A stretch of 64,000 nt of DNA from an uncultured Gemmatimonadales bacterium (GCA_963798915.1 CAWCVB010000005.1:153291-217290); one strand, 5' to 3'; numbered from the stretch's first letter, positions 8,347 to 21,269 are shown. The notes: generated from the letters alone by a model not told the origin. A program made the numbers and translations.

Positions 8347-9266
8347 GCCAGGCGGCGCCCCCGCTCCACGCCACGACCACGCGTCCACTCCGCCACCGAC
8401 ATGCGGCGGCGCCCGGCGGGCTGGATCTGCTCGACCTGCACCGCGTCATTCGCCGCCGCAATGGTCAGGTGCTCCCCGGCATCGAGTACCGTGCCTGGCG
8501 CTCCTGATTTCGCGACGGTGCGTGCACCAAACAGCTTGACATCAGCGCCGTCGATCGTGGTCCAGGCGCCGGGAGCCGGGTCAAAAGCGCGGATCCGGCG
8601 AGCAATGGGCGCGGCGTCGAGGGTCCAGTCGATGCGGGCCGTATCGCGGGAAATCTTGGGCGCGTAGCTGGCGAGCGAATCATCCTGTGCCTCAGGCTCG
8701 GCCTGGCCCCGCACCAGGTCGTTGAGGGTCTCGAGCAGCGCGCGCGTTCCGAGTTCCGCAAGACGGTCGCTGAGCGTGCCGCCGGTGTCCTCACCCGACA
8801 CCGGCGTGGGGACTCGCAGGTACACCGGCCCCGAATCGAGGCCTTCCTCCATTCGCATGATACTCACACCGGTTTCGGTTTCGCCGTTGGCGATGGCCCA
8901 CTGAATTGGCGCCGCACCGCGGAGGCGAGGCAGCAGCGAGGCATGCACGTTCATCAGGCCACGGCGTGGCAGCGCCAGGACCTCTGGCCGCAGGATATGG
9001 CCATACGCCACCACCACACCCAGATCCGGCTCGAGCCGGCGGAGCGCGGCCAGGAACAGGTCGCCGACGGGCCTGACCGGCTGCAACACGGGAATCTGCG
9101 CATCGAGCGCCGTGGTCTTGACGGGTGGTGGAACGAGCGCACTGCGCGAGCGGCCCTGCGGACGGTCCGGCTGGGTCACGACGCCGACCACATCATGGCC
9201 GGCGCGAAGCAGTGCACGGAGGGACGCATCCGCAAAGTCGGGCGTCCCGAAGAAGACGATTCGCAT
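8343..9266 (-). CDS. fmt: Methionyl-tRNA formyltransferase
   Basis: MRIVFFGTPDFA, VVTQPDRP and NVHASLLPRLRGAAPI motifs. Confidence 0.97.
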   Translation of the reverse strand: MRIVFFGTPDFADASLRALLRAGHDVVGVVTQPDRPQGRSRSALVPPPVKTTALDAQIPVLQPVRPVGDLFLAALRRLEPDLGVVVAYGHILRPEVLALPRRGLMNVHASLLPRLRGAAPIQWAIANGETETGVSIMRMEEGLDSGPVYLRVPTPVSGEDTGGTLSDRLAELGTRALLETLNDLVRGQAEPEAQDDSLASYAPKISRDTARIDWTLDAAPIARRIRAFDPAPGAWTTIDGADVKLFGARTVAKSGAPGTVLDAGEHLTIAAANDAVQVEQIQPAGRRRMSVAEWTRGRGVERGRRLA

Positions 9267-9801
9267 TACTCCCGGGCGGAGGTCGCGGCCGCCACCTCCT
9301 TGATGTAGGTCGCGTCGTCACGATGCTCGCGCTTCCAGCGCGACAGCAGCATCCGGCGCTTCATCGGGCCGAGGTGATCCAGAAAAAGGATCCCGTCGAG
9401 GTGGTCAATCTCGTGCTGGATGGCACGAGCCAGCAGTCCGCCGGCCTCCAGGCGATAGGCGTCGCCCTGCGCATCGATTGCCTCCAGCGTCACCTGCGCG
9501 GGACGAGTGACATCCGCGTAGATGTCAGGGATGCTGAGGCAACCTTCTTCCTGGGTTGCGCGGCCCTCGGCCTCGAGCACCTGCGGATTCACCATGACGA
9601 TGCGAGTCCCATCGGCGTCGACCACCGCGATGCGCCGATCGACGCCCACCTGATTGGCGGCCAGGCCGACACCCTTGGCGGCATCCATCGTGGCGAACAG
9701 GTCATCGATGAAGCCACGCACCTCATCGGTCACCTCCGCCACCTCCTCGCTGCGCTGGCGCAGCACCGGAGAGCCCAGCAGGTGCAATTTCAGCAGCGCC
9801 A

Positions 9802-9802
<1 letters not shown>
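9266..9802 (-). CDS. def: Peptide deformylase
   Basis: GVGLAANQVG, EGCLS and HEIDH motifs. Confidence 0.97.
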
Positions 9803-12332
<2,530 letters not shown>

Positions 12333-12340
<8 letters not shown>

Positions 12341-13367
12341 CGGCGGCACCGCCCAGCCGCTCGGGCGGCGTCATCCCGAACCGCGCGTAGGCATGGGGCG
12401 TGGCCATGCGTCCGCGAGGCGTTCGCTCGAGAAAGCCTTGCTGGATGAGAAACGGTTCGTAGACGTCCTGCAGCGTGCCGGCGTCCTCGCCCACCGCCAC
12501 CGCGATTGTGCCCAGCCCGACGGGCCCGCCGCCGAACTTCTCGATGATGGTGGAGAGGATGCGCGCGTCCATGTCGTCCAGCCCGAACTCGTCCACATTG
12601 AGTCGCGACAGCGCCTCGCGTGCCACCGCGACAGTGATCCGCCCATCCGCCCGCACCTGCGCGTAGTCCCGCACCCGCCGCAGCAGGCGATTCGCTACCC
12701 GGGGAGTGCCCCGGCTTCTGCGGGCGATTTCCAGTCCACCCTCGGCGTCCATGGGTACCCGCAGGATCGATGCGCTCCTGGTCACGATGGTGGCCAGGTC
12801 CTCGGCCGGATAGAACGAGAGTCGCTCGACCAGGCCGAACCGGGCCCGCATGGGCGGCGTCAGCAGGCCGAACCGGGTCGTCGCGCCAATCAGGGTGAAG
12901 CGCTCCAGCGCCATCGGGATGGTCTGCGCGTTGGGACCCTCACCGATGCGTACGTCCACCCGGAAGTCTTCCATGGCCGGATAGAGAAACTCCTCCAGCG
13001 CAGGCCGCAGCCGGTGCACTTCGTCAATGAACAGGATGTCGCGAGGCCCCAGCCCGGTCAGCAATCCGACCAGGTCACCCGGCTTTTCCAGGACCGGCCC
13101 CGACGTCGTGCGCAGCTGCACGCCCATCTCCCGCGCCAGCAGCATCGCCAGCGTGGTCTTTCCCAGGCCCGGGGGACCGAAAAAGAGCGCGTGGTCGAGT
13201 TCCTCGCCCCGCTGGCGCGCCGCGTCCACCGCGATCCGGAGCGAGGCCTTGACCTGCTCCTGGCCGACAAACTCGTCCAGCTGCGCGGGCCGCAGGGCCG
13301 AGTCGGTGCTCGCCTCCTCCGGCAGCTCCGCCGGTGTGGTCACGTCCAGGCGCTTCAAGTCAGTCAT
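12333..13367 (-). CDS. ruvB: Holliday junction branch migration helicase RuvB
   Basis: [30 protein letters not shown] and RTPRGR motifs; start MTDLKR at 13367. Confidence 0.97.
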
Positions 13368-13536
13368 CGAGCTCCGACTCCCAGCGCACCGGCCGCGCAC
13401 CGGGGCGAATGATGTGGCGGGCACCGCAGTGCTGGCAGCGGTCAACCGCTCGATCCGCCGTGTCGATGACCAGCTTGCGATTCGAGGTGCCGCAGCGGGT
13501 GCAGAGCCATTCAGCAGTCAGGGCAGCGACGGTCAT
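13360..13536 (-). CDS. Small putative zinc-ribbon protein (58 aa)
   Basis: Hand translation [62 protein letters not shown] overlap with the ruvA stop and 8-nt overlap with the ruvB start. Confidence 0.75.
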   Translation of the reverse strand: MTVAALTAEWLCTRCGTSNRKLVIDTADRAVDRCQHCGARHIIRPGARPVRWESELDD

Positions 13537-14139
13537 CGGACAGTTCTCCCGGAGCGGGCGCCAGCAAGTTGGGCCAGTGCCCGACGGATCAGTTGCGGAG
13601 TGTCTTCCAAGGCGACTTCGCGGCTGGCCAGCCGGACGGCATCATCGGCAGCCGCCGGTGCGTAGCCCAGTGCCACCAGCGCGCGAACCGCTTCCTCGGC
13701 GCCAGGCTGCACCGCCGCGGTGGGTGCGAGTTCGAGATCATCGAAGCGGTCGGACAATTCCAGCGCCAGCCGCTCGGCCTTCTTGCGGCCAATGCCGCTC
13801 ACGCTGGAGGACCGCAAGGTCCCTCGCCTGGATCGCGCGCACGGCGCGCTCCGCCCCGAGTTCGGCCAGCAGTCCGATGGCCAGCCGCGGCCCGAAACCG
13901 CTGGCGCCCAGCAGGCGACGGAAGACCGCGCGGTCGAGCCCGTTGTCAAAACCGAACAGCAGCCAGCCGTCCTCCCGGACCACGAGTTCGGTGTGGAGCC
14001 GCACTGGCTGGCCCACGGCTGGCAATCGCGCCATGGTGCTGGCCGGAATGGTGAGCAGGTAACCGACGCCGCCCGCTGTTTCCACCGTCACCGTATCGCC
14101 ATCGCGCGCCACCAGGGTGCCGCTGACCAGTGCGATCAT
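13533..14139 (-). CDS. ruvA: Holliday junction binding protein RuvA (apparent frameshift near 13800)
   Basis: MIALVSGTL..GGVGY..VREDG..FGF..GFGPRLA in one frame; VSGIGRKKAERLALEL..ALVALGY in another. Confidence 0.92.
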
Positions 14140-14630
14140 CGCGCCATCCGGGCTGCCGAAGCACTCTGCAGCAGGTGGGTGAGCGCGATCGCAACACCAT
14201 CGGCCGCGTCGGCCGGCTCCGGAGCAGCGGTGAGGCGCAGCAGCTGCTGCACCATGTAGCCCACCTGGGGCTTGAGCGCGGCACCCCGGCCCACCACCGT
14301 CTTCTTGATCATCGCCGGCGCGTATTCCCCGATGGTCAACCCGGCCTCCTCGGCCGCAAGGAGAATCACGCCACGGGCGTGGCTCAGCACCATGGTAGTG
14401 TGCACATTCCGCCCGAAAAAGGCTTTCTCGACCGCGAGTGCGTCCGGCCGGTGCCGGACGATCAGGTCGTTGATGGCTTCGTGGATGATCCGCAGCCGGG
14501 CGGGAAGGGAATCCCGGCTGGACGTGCGCACCACGCCGCATTCGATGAGCCGGCCGGCCCGTCCGGCTGCCGACTCCACCACTCCATATCCGAGCACCGC
14601 TGTGCCCGGATCCACGCCGAGCACTCTCAC
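14136..14630 (-). CDS. ruvC: Crossover junction endodeoxyribonuclease RuvC
   Basis: VLGVDPG, HARGV and DAADGVAIA motifs. Confidence 0.96.
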   Translation of the reverse strand: MRVLGVDPGTAVLGYGVVESAAGRAGRLIECGVVRTSSRDSLPARLRIIHEAINDLIVRHRPDALAVEKAFFGRNVHTTMVLSHARGVILLAAEEAGLTIGEYAPAMIKKTVVGRGAALKPQVGYMVQQLLRLTAAPEPADAADGVAIALTHLLQSASAARMAR

Positions 14631-14643
14631 GGCTGACGCCGGG

Positions 14644-15393
14644 TCAGGCGTCGGCCTCCGCCAGCTGTGACGCATCGATGTCAAAATTCGAGAAGACCTT
14701 GGACACGTCGTCCAGCTCCTCGAGCGCTTCCATCAGCCGAAGCAGCTGCTCGGCCTCCGCTCCCTCGACGCGAACCATGTTCCTGGGCACCATCGCCAGC
14801 TCGGCCGACTCGATCGCCAGCCCGGCCGCACGCAGCGCGTCTTCGACCGCGTGGAGGTTGACCGGCGAGGTACTGACAACATAGCTGTCGCCATCGACGG
14901 CAAAATCGTCCGCCCCGGCCTCGAGCGCCGTCTCGAGCGTGGCTTCTTCGCTCGAGCGTGAGGCCTCGAGGGCGATTTGCCCCAGATGGTCGAACATCCA
15001 CGCAACCGAGCCGGTGGCGCCGAGATTGCCGCCGTTCCGGTTGAACGCATGACGGATTTCGGCCACCGTGCGGGTGGGGTTGTCGGTGGTGGCCTCGATG
15101 AACACCGCGGCACCACCGGGCCCATATCCCTCGTAGGTGAGCTCCTGGTAGGATTCACCTTCGAGTTCCCCCGTGCCCTTCTTGATGGCGCGCTCGATGT
15201 TCTCTTTGGGCATGTTGACCGCCCGCGCGGCGTCGACGGCCAGCCGGAGCCGCGGGTTACCGCCCGGATCGCCGCCGCCGGCCCGGGCCGCCACGGTGAT
15301 CTCACGTATGACCTTGGTCCACGCGGATGCACGGCGGGAATCGGTCACTGCCTTCTTGCGCTTGATCTGCTTCCACTTGCTGTGCCCAGCCAT
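14644..15393 (-). CDS. yebC: YebC/PmpR family protein
   Basis: MAGHSKW, NPRLR, YEGYGPGG and TDNPTRT motifs. Confidence 0.96.
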   Translation of the reverse strand: MAGHSKWKQIKRKKAVTDSRRASAWTKVIREITVAARAGGGDPGGNPRLRLAVDAARAVNMPKENIERAIKKGTGELEGESYQELTYEGYGPGGAAVFIEATTDNPTRTVAEIRHAFNRNGGNLGATGSVAWMFDHLGQIALEASRSSEEATLETALEAGADDFAVDGDSYVVSTSPVNLHAVEDALRAAGLAIESAELAMVPRNMVRVEGAEAEQLLRLMEALEELDDVSKVFSNFDIDASQLAEADA

Positions 15394-15495
15394 GCCGACT
15401 CCTTGCCCACCTCGAATTTGCTTCGGTATCAGTGTGGAAATTTAAGCGGCGGCACATCTTGCGGCAAACTGATTCTCCCGCTAGAGTCCCCGCCT

Positions 15496-15951
15496 ATGCG
15501 TTGCCAATATCGCCTGCTTGTCAGCACCCTGCTGGTGCTCGCAGCGGCATGCCATGGGGATGCCGACAAGGTCAAGTCGCCCGGTATCGGGCAGGCCTTT
15601 CCAACCGTCCTGCTGCCGCCTGACGCATCGGTCGTCTCGCAATCAGGCGGCGCGGACGCGGTGCAACTGGTCTTCCGTTCGCCGCACCCGCCCGCGTTCG
15701 TGAGTTCCTACTATCGCACGCAGTTTTCCCAGCCTGGCTGGTCAATTGTAAGCGACCTCACCGACTCGGCTGGCGTCACGGCCATGCATGTGGACTGGAC
15801 GGCCACCCACCAGCCCATGTGGGTCCGGATGGTGCCCGAAGCTGGGGAAACGAGGGTGGAACTCACCGGAGCCGTGCCTGGACTTGATACGTCATACACC
15901 CGCCGCTCGCAACGGGCGCGAGATACCACAAACACCCTGAAGACGCGGTAG
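15496..15951 (+). CDS. Hypothetical lipoprotein
   Basis: MRCQYRLLVSTLLVLAAAC signal with lipobox, followed by a soluble domain. Confidence 0.7.
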   Translation: MRCQYRLLVSTLLVLAAACHGDADKVKSPGIGQAFPTVLLPPDASVVSQSGGADAVQLVFRSPHPPAFVSSYYRTQFSQPGWSIVSDLTDSAGVTAMHVDWTATHQPMWVRMVPEAGETRVELTGAVPGLDTSYTRRSQRARDTTNTLKTR

Positions 15952-16020
15952 GCGCCGCTGGGCCAGTATCCAGGGGGCGAAGCGTACCGGCTTCGCCCCT
16001 TTCTTGTGGGGATGTCTCGC

Positions 16021-16425
16021 TTAGTCCTTCCGCCGGGGACTCGCCGCGCGCGCCCGCCGCGCCAGATCGGCCAGAATCTCGGCGGCCTCGCCACTGACCG
16101 ACTCCCGGGTCGGCGCCACCAGCTGGGCCAGCACGACCGCCGGCCTGGCGGCGGCCGGATCGCTGGCCGAGGCGAGGGCGGAGGCCACCGCGCGCCGAAG
16201 CGGAGCGGGAAGCGTGAGTGTGGCCAAGCGTCGCTCCAGCGCCGCGACGCGGCGCCGGTGCAGCCGGTCAGCAAGAGGGGGATCGAGCTGGAAGTCGCGA
16301 AGCACCCGCACCAGCATCCAGAGCGCAAACAGGCCGTCACGGCGGGGGCCGCGGGTGCTGCCGGCGACCAGCTCGAGCAGGGCATTTTCCGGATGGGCCT
16401 GGTGGGACGTGGGAGCGGCGCTCAC
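16021..16425 (-). CDS. Hypothetical protein
   Basis: Plausible helical ORF filling the gap, divergent from the PorX-like gene; start uncertain. Confidence 0.6.
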   Translation of the reverse strand: MSAAPTSHQAHPENALLELVAGSTRGPRRDGLFALWMLVRVLRDFQLDPPLADRLHRRRVAALERRLATLTLPAPLRRAVASALASASDPAAARPAVVLAQLVAPTRESVSGEAAEILADLARRARAASPRRKD

Positions 16426-16503
16426 CGGCGCCAATGTACCGGCCCTCGGGCCGGTCCGCCACCGCGTTGCCTCGGGCCGCGGGCTGCCCTAACCTTCCTC
16501 ACC

Positions 16504-18069
16504 ATGCCGCGTCCCAGAAGTATCCTGTGGGTAGACGATGAAGTCGCCAGCCTGACGTCTCATGTCCTCTTCCTCGAAGAGCAGGGCTTTGCGGTCGAGA
16601 CGGCCGCCAATGGCGATGATGCGCTGGTGCTGCTGCAGCGCCAGTCCTACGGAGTAGTGCTGCTGGACGAGCAGATGCCCGGGCGCAGGGGGATGGAGAT
16701 CTTCCGGGCCATCCGGGGGCTCGACCTCTCGACACCGGTTGTGATGGTGACCAAGAGCGAGGAGGCGGAGACACTCAAGGACGCCATTGGCGCCGAAATC
16801 TCCGACTATCTCGTCAAGCCGGTGAACCCGCGCCAGATCCTCTCCGTGGTTACCCGGCTCCTCGAGGGTGACCGGATCCGCCAGCAACGCCTCTCCCGTG
16901 ATTTTGCCACCCGTTTCCGTGAATTGGAGTCGCGCCGGGGCACCGATCTCGCCTGGCGCGAGTGGGTGGAGCTGGTGGTCGAACTCGCCGAATGGGAGGT
17001 TCGCCTTGGCCAGGCGGACGAACCGGGGCTGCAGGACGCGTTGCGGACCCTCCAGACGAGCGTCCGTGACGACTTCGGGCGTTTTCTGGGCCAGCGTTAC
17101 GCCGGCTGGATCAGTGACACCCGCGCTGACCGGCCACCTCTGTCCGTAGATGTCGGCGCTGAATTCCTCAGGCCGGTGCTGGAAGCACACGGGCGGGTGC
17201 TGTTCGTAGTGGTCGACTGCCTGCGGCTGGATCAGTGGGCCATGATCCGACCGATCGTGAGCCAGCTCTTCGACGTGGAGACGGCCCACTACTTTTCGAT
17301 CCTGCCCACGGCCACGCCGTTTGCCCGCAATGCGATCTTCAGCGGCCTGTTCCCGGTGGAGATCAAGGCCCGGCATCCTCAGTGGTGGGCGGAGGACGAC
17401 GAGGCCAGCCTGAACGCGCATGAGGCCGACCTCCTGGGCGAGCAGCTGCGGGAGCTCACCGGCCGCGCCGTGCCGGTGCATTACGAAAAGGTCTTCACCG
17501 CGTCGGACGGCGAGTCGCTCCTCAAGCGGCTGCCGGCGGCGTTGTCCCGCCAGGGTGTGACCGCCCTGGTCTTCAACTTCATCGACCAGCTCACCCACGG
17601 GCGCACCGAGAATTCGACGCTGTTCGAGGTAGCGCGCGATACCACCGCGCTCCGCACTCTCACCCGGACCTGGTTCGAGCGCTCGGCGCTGTGGGACGCA
17701 CTCCGTGAAGCCGAGCGTCGCTCGGTGCCCGTGCTGCTCACCACGGATCATGGCTCCATCCATTGCCACACGCCGGCAACGGTCTTTGCCAAGCGTGACA
17801 CCACCAGCAACCTGCGGTACAAGTTCGGCGAGGACCTCAAGGCGCAGGACCCGGGAGCGGCGGTGTCGGTGGACGACCTGGCTGGCTTCGGCCTGCCGAC
17901 CCGCACGCCATCCACCCGGCTCCTGCTTGCCACCGGCGACCGCTTCTTCGTCTATCCCACGAAACTGAGGGAATACCAGGCCCGGTATCGGGGCGCATTC
18001 CTCCACGGCGGCGTCTCGCCTGAAGAGGTGGTGCTGCCCATTGCCCTGCTCACGCCCAGGCGAGGCTGA
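16504..18069 (+). CDS. PorX-like response regulator (receiver domain + PglZ/alkaline-phosphatase-fold domain)
   Basis: ILWVDDE, LLDEQMPG, VMVTKSEE and DYLVKPVNPRQI receiver motifs; VDCLRLDQW, ILPTATPFARNAIFSG, TTDHG and HGGVSPEE PglZ motifs. Confidence 0.9.
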   Translation: MPRPRSILWVDDEVASLTSHVLFLEEQGFAVETAANGDDALVLLQRQSYGVVLLDEQMPGRRGMEIFRAIRGLDLSTPVVMVTKSEEAETLKDAIGAEISDYLVKPVNPRQILSVVTRLLEGDRIRQQRLSRDFATRFRELESRRGTDLAWREWVELVVELAEWEVRLGQADEPGLQDALRTLQTSVRDDFGRFLGQRYAGWISDTRADRPPLSVDVGAEFLRPVLEAHGRVLFVVVDCLRLDQWAMIRPIVSQLFDVETAHYFSILPTATPFARNAIFSGLFPVEIKARHPQWWAEDDEASLNAHEADLLGEQLRELTGRAVPVHYEKVFTASDGESLLKRLPAALSRQGVTALVFNFIDQLTHGRTENSTLFEVARDTTALRTLTRTWFERSALWDALREAERRSVPVLLTTDHGSIHCHTPATVFAKRDTTSNLRYKFGEDLKAQDPGAAVSVDDLAGFGLPTRTPSTRLLLATGDRFFVYPTKLREYQARYRGAFLHGGVSPEEVVLPIALLTPRRG

Positions 18070-18074
18070 GCCGA

Positions 18075-19245
18075 ATGTCGCTGGGCGTGCTGGTTGCAGC
18101 ATGAGTTCCCGCCGGCACGCGGCGGCATTGCACGGGTGATGGCGGAAGTGTCGCGGCGGCATCCGCCGGGCACCCTCATGGTGTCGACCGGGCGCGCGCC
18201 GGCGGGAGCCGACGAGCCCGATCCGGCAGAGATCACGCTGGACCGAATGCCCATGTCCGCGCGACAGCTTCGCGTCGTGCCCGGCCTGCTCCTCTGGGGC
18301 CGCCGGGTCGCGGCCCTGGTCCGGCGGCACGACGCGAGCTTTGTGTGGGCCGGCCAGTTGAAGCCCGCCGGGTATGTGGCAAGATGGGCGCGTGAGCGAA
18401 CCGGCGTACCGTACGGCATCCTGGTCTACGGCAACGACCTGCTGGCCCTGCAGCACCAGGTGCATCGCTCGTCGATGCAACGCGCCACTGCTGCCGCGAT
18501 CCTCCGCTCAGCCGCCGTGCTGGTGGCTGTGAGCGAGTGGACCCGGGACCAGGCGCGGGCGTTGACCGGCGAGTTGGGCGTGGACGTGCCCATCCGCGTG
18601 GTTCCGCTGGGTGCAGATCCCGCGCGCTTTCGCCCCGACCTGGACCCGACGGCCATGCGGCTCCGTCTGGGCATGACGTCCGGTGAATGGCTGCTCACGG
18701 TCGGCGGCAGTGCGCCGCACAAGGGAGTCGATACCGTCTTCCGGTCGCTCGCCGACCTGAAGGAGCGGCGCCCGTCGCTGCGCTACGCCGTGGCCGGCGC
18801 GCGGCGACATACCGAGGCGCTTCGGCGTCTTGCCGACGCCCATGGCGTCGCCGATCGGGTGCTCTTCATTCCCGACGTGGCCGAGGCCGATCTGCCCGCG
18901 CTTTACCGGGCGGCCGACCTGTACGTCGGCGTGTCTCGCCGCGAGGCACGGAGTGTCGAAGGCTTTGGTATCGCGCTGGCGGAGGCTGGTGCGTCGGGTC
19001 TGCCGGTCATTGCCGGGCGGAGTGGCGGCATTCCCGAACTGGTGCAGGATGAAGCGACCGGACTGCTGGTGGACCCGGAGCGGACCGGCCCGCTCAGTCA
19101 TGCCATCGAACGGCTGCTGGACGATCCTCCGCTCGCCGCTCGGCTGGCCGGGGCGGCTCGGGCAGCGGTGGAGCGGTACTACAACTGGGATCGGGCCACC
19201 GCCGACCTCATCGGTATTGCGAAGGAATTCGGCCGGACGGCGTAG
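18075..19245 (+). CDS. Glycosyltransferase family 4 (probable frameshift near the start)
   Basis: HEFPP..GGI and EGFGIALAEA..SGGIPE motifs; ATG at 18075 is out of frame with the main ORF. Confidence 0.88.
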
Positions 19246-19274
19246 CGTGGAAAACCGCCGGCCGCCTTAAACGG

Positions 19275-20318
19275 CTACGCGGGCCGACTCTCGATGGCTC
19301 CCACCGGGCATTCCTGCACGATGGCCCCGTCCACCGGCGACCAGGTTTGTTCCGGCGCAATGGCGACCGCCTTCCGGCCTTCCATCCTGAAGAGCGCCGG
19401 CGCCCGCTCCACGCACAGTTCGCACCCGATGCAGATCTGGGGGTCCACCGACAGGTGAATGGGCGTGCGCGGGTGCACGCCGGGCGCGAGCTCTGCGGGT
19501 GACCCGCCGATCCGCTCGAGCACCTCCAGCGTGGCACGATAGCCCTCCTCGATCAGCTTCTCGGTGTGGCGAAACGAGAACATTGGCACCTGTGCGACGC
19601 CCGGCGTCACCAGTACGATGGGCGGGCCCTCCCAGCTGCGCAGCGAGTTGGCAAGTTGGGCCTGCATCATGATTTCGAGCGCGCGGATATAGGTTGCCGC
19701 AAATCCGTCGGTATCGGCGTGAGTACGTTCGACGCCCGGCGGGGTCAGTGCCACCGCCAGCACCGGGTCGCTGCTCAGCGAGGCCGCGATTCGCACCGGC
19801 AGGTTCTCGACCACGGCGCCATCGATGTAGTAGCGGCTGTCGATGTCCTGAGGCGGGAAGATGCCCGGCAGCGCGCAGGCGGCAAAGACGGCATCGGCCA
19901 GCGGCGTGGTCCTGGTGCCGGGCAGCCCGAAGAACACCTGTCGTCCCGAATGCAGGTCCACAGTGTTGACCAGCACGACCCGCTTCAAGGCGTCGAAGGT
20001 CACGCCACCGACCAGACTCCTCACCAGGTCGTCGAGCGGTTCCGGACGATAGATGGCCGGGCTGCGCATGCGCTTGAATGCCATGTTGTAATGCGCCACG
20101 CGAAACACATTGCGCCGTCGGACCTGGACCGCGCGGGTCTCCATCTCGCCAGTCGGCATGCCGGTCGCCCAGGTTGCCCCGATCAGCGCACCCATGCTGG
20201 TTCCAATCACCAGCCCGGGCTCGATGTCCCGCTCCTCGAGGGCACGGAGCACGCCGATGTGTGCCAGGCCCTTGAGCCCGCCACCACCCAGCACCAGCGT
20301 GACCCGCTGTGACGCCAT
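19275..20318 (-). CDS. Patatin-like phospholipase with C-terminal 4Fe-4S ferredoxin domain
   Basis: GGGGLKGLAHIG, GTSMG and IDGA motifs; C-terminal CIGCELC...CPVGAI. Confidence 0.88.
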   Translation of the reverse strand: MASQRVTLVLGGGGLKGLAHIGVLRALEERDIEPGLVIGTSMGALIGATWATGMPTGEMETRAVQVRRRNVFRVAHYNMAFKRMRSPAIYRPEPLDDLVRSLVGGVTFDALKRVVLVNTVDLHSGRQVFFGLPGTRTTPLADAVFAACALPGIFPPQDIDSRYYIDGAVVENLPVRIAASLSSDPVLAVALTPPGVERTHADTDGFAATYIRALEIMMQAQLANSLRSWEGPPIVLVTPGVAQVPMFSFRHTEKLIEEGYRATLEVLERIGGSPAELAPGVHPRTPIHLSVDPQICIGCELCVERAPALFRMEGRKAVAIAPEQTWSPVDGAIVQECPVGAIESRPA

Positions 20319-20411
20319 CCGCTTGCTCCGGGATCGGGGAGAGGCTTACTTGAATCGCTTACTGGGCGCGCCGCCGCCGCGCCAGGGTTCGTAATACTAA
20401 TCTGGCAGGGC

Positions 20412-21269
20412 ATGGCTTCTTCCCGAACACCCTCACCGCTCTACGACCGGCTGCGCCGGGACCGCTTCTTCCAGTTCGGGCTGCTGCTGGTAGCGCTGGT
20501 GCTGCTGGCCGCGCTGCTCGCGCCATTGCTCGCGCCCCACAGTCCCTATGTCGGTGACTTGCGCAACGCCTACCTGCTGCGGCCCGGCTCTCACTACCTC
20601 CTGGGAACCGACACGCAGGGACGTGATGTCCTCAGCCGGGTGCTCTACGGCGCCCGGATTTCCGTGAGCGTCGGGCTGATCTCGCAGTCCGTGGCCATCC
20701 TGCTGGGCGTGAGCATCGGCCTGATTGCCGGCTATTACGGCCGCTGGGTGGACGCCCTCGTCATGCGGCTCGCCGACATCACGCTCGCCTTCCCCACGCT
20801 GCTGCTGCTCATTGCCGTTGCCGCCGCCGTCAAGCCGTCATTGCCGGTCATCTTCCTGGTGATCGGCGCCGTCGGCTGGGCCGCCATGGCCCGGATCGTC
20901 CGCAGCCAGGTACTGGCCCTCAAGCGCACCGAATTCGTGGTCGCCGCCCAGGCCCTCGGCTCGCGCGATGGCCGCATTCTCCTGAAGCACCTCCTGCCCA
21001 ACGTGCGAGCCCAGGTCATCATCGTGGCGACGCTGGGCATCGGTGGCGCGATCATGGCGGAGGCGGCGCTGTCGTTTGTCGGACTCGGGGCCCAGCCGCC
21101 GACGCCGAGCTGGGGCGCCATGGTCGCCGACGGACGGGACCTGTTGCGCACCGCGCCTTGGGTATCCTTCGCGCCCGGCATCGCCATCGGACTGGCGGTG
21201 CTGGGCTTCAACGTGGTGGGCGAGGTGCTCCGCGAAGTCTTCGACCCTCGTCTCCGGAGCGAACGATGA
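20412..21269 (+). CDS. Peptide/nickel ABC transporter permease (DppC/OppC type)
   Basis: LGTDTQGRDVLSRVLYGAR, HLLPN and EAALSFVGLGAQPPTPSWG motifs. Confidence 0.93.
   Translation: MASSRTPSPLYDRLRRDRFFQFGLLLVALVLLAALLAPLLAPHSPYVGDLRNAYLLRPGSHYLLGTDTQGRDVLSRVLYGARISVSVGLISQSVAILLGVSIGLIAGYYGRWVDALVMRLADITLAFPTLLLLIAVAAAVKPSLPVIFLVIGAVGWAAMARIVRSQVLALKRTEFVVAAQALGSRDGRILLKHLLPNVRAQVIIVATLGIGGAIMAEAALSFVGLGAQPPTPSWGAMVADGRDLLRTAPWVSFAPGIAIGLAVLGFNVVGEVLREVFDPRLRSER

Noticed and set aside
13533..14139. ruvA as a pseudogene or programmed frameshift
   Set aside because: Both halves are conserved, no slippery heptamer is evident, and similar indels occur across the window.
16504..18069. BREX defence system
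   Set aside because: The PglZ-like domain is fused to a receiver domain (PorX architecture) and no brxC, pglX or brxL genes are nearby.
16489..18480. Long antisense ORFs (e.g. 16489-18480, 38383-39990, 10158-11324, 3860-5308)
   Set aside because: Shadow frames of real genes, expected in high-GC DNA; no motifs.
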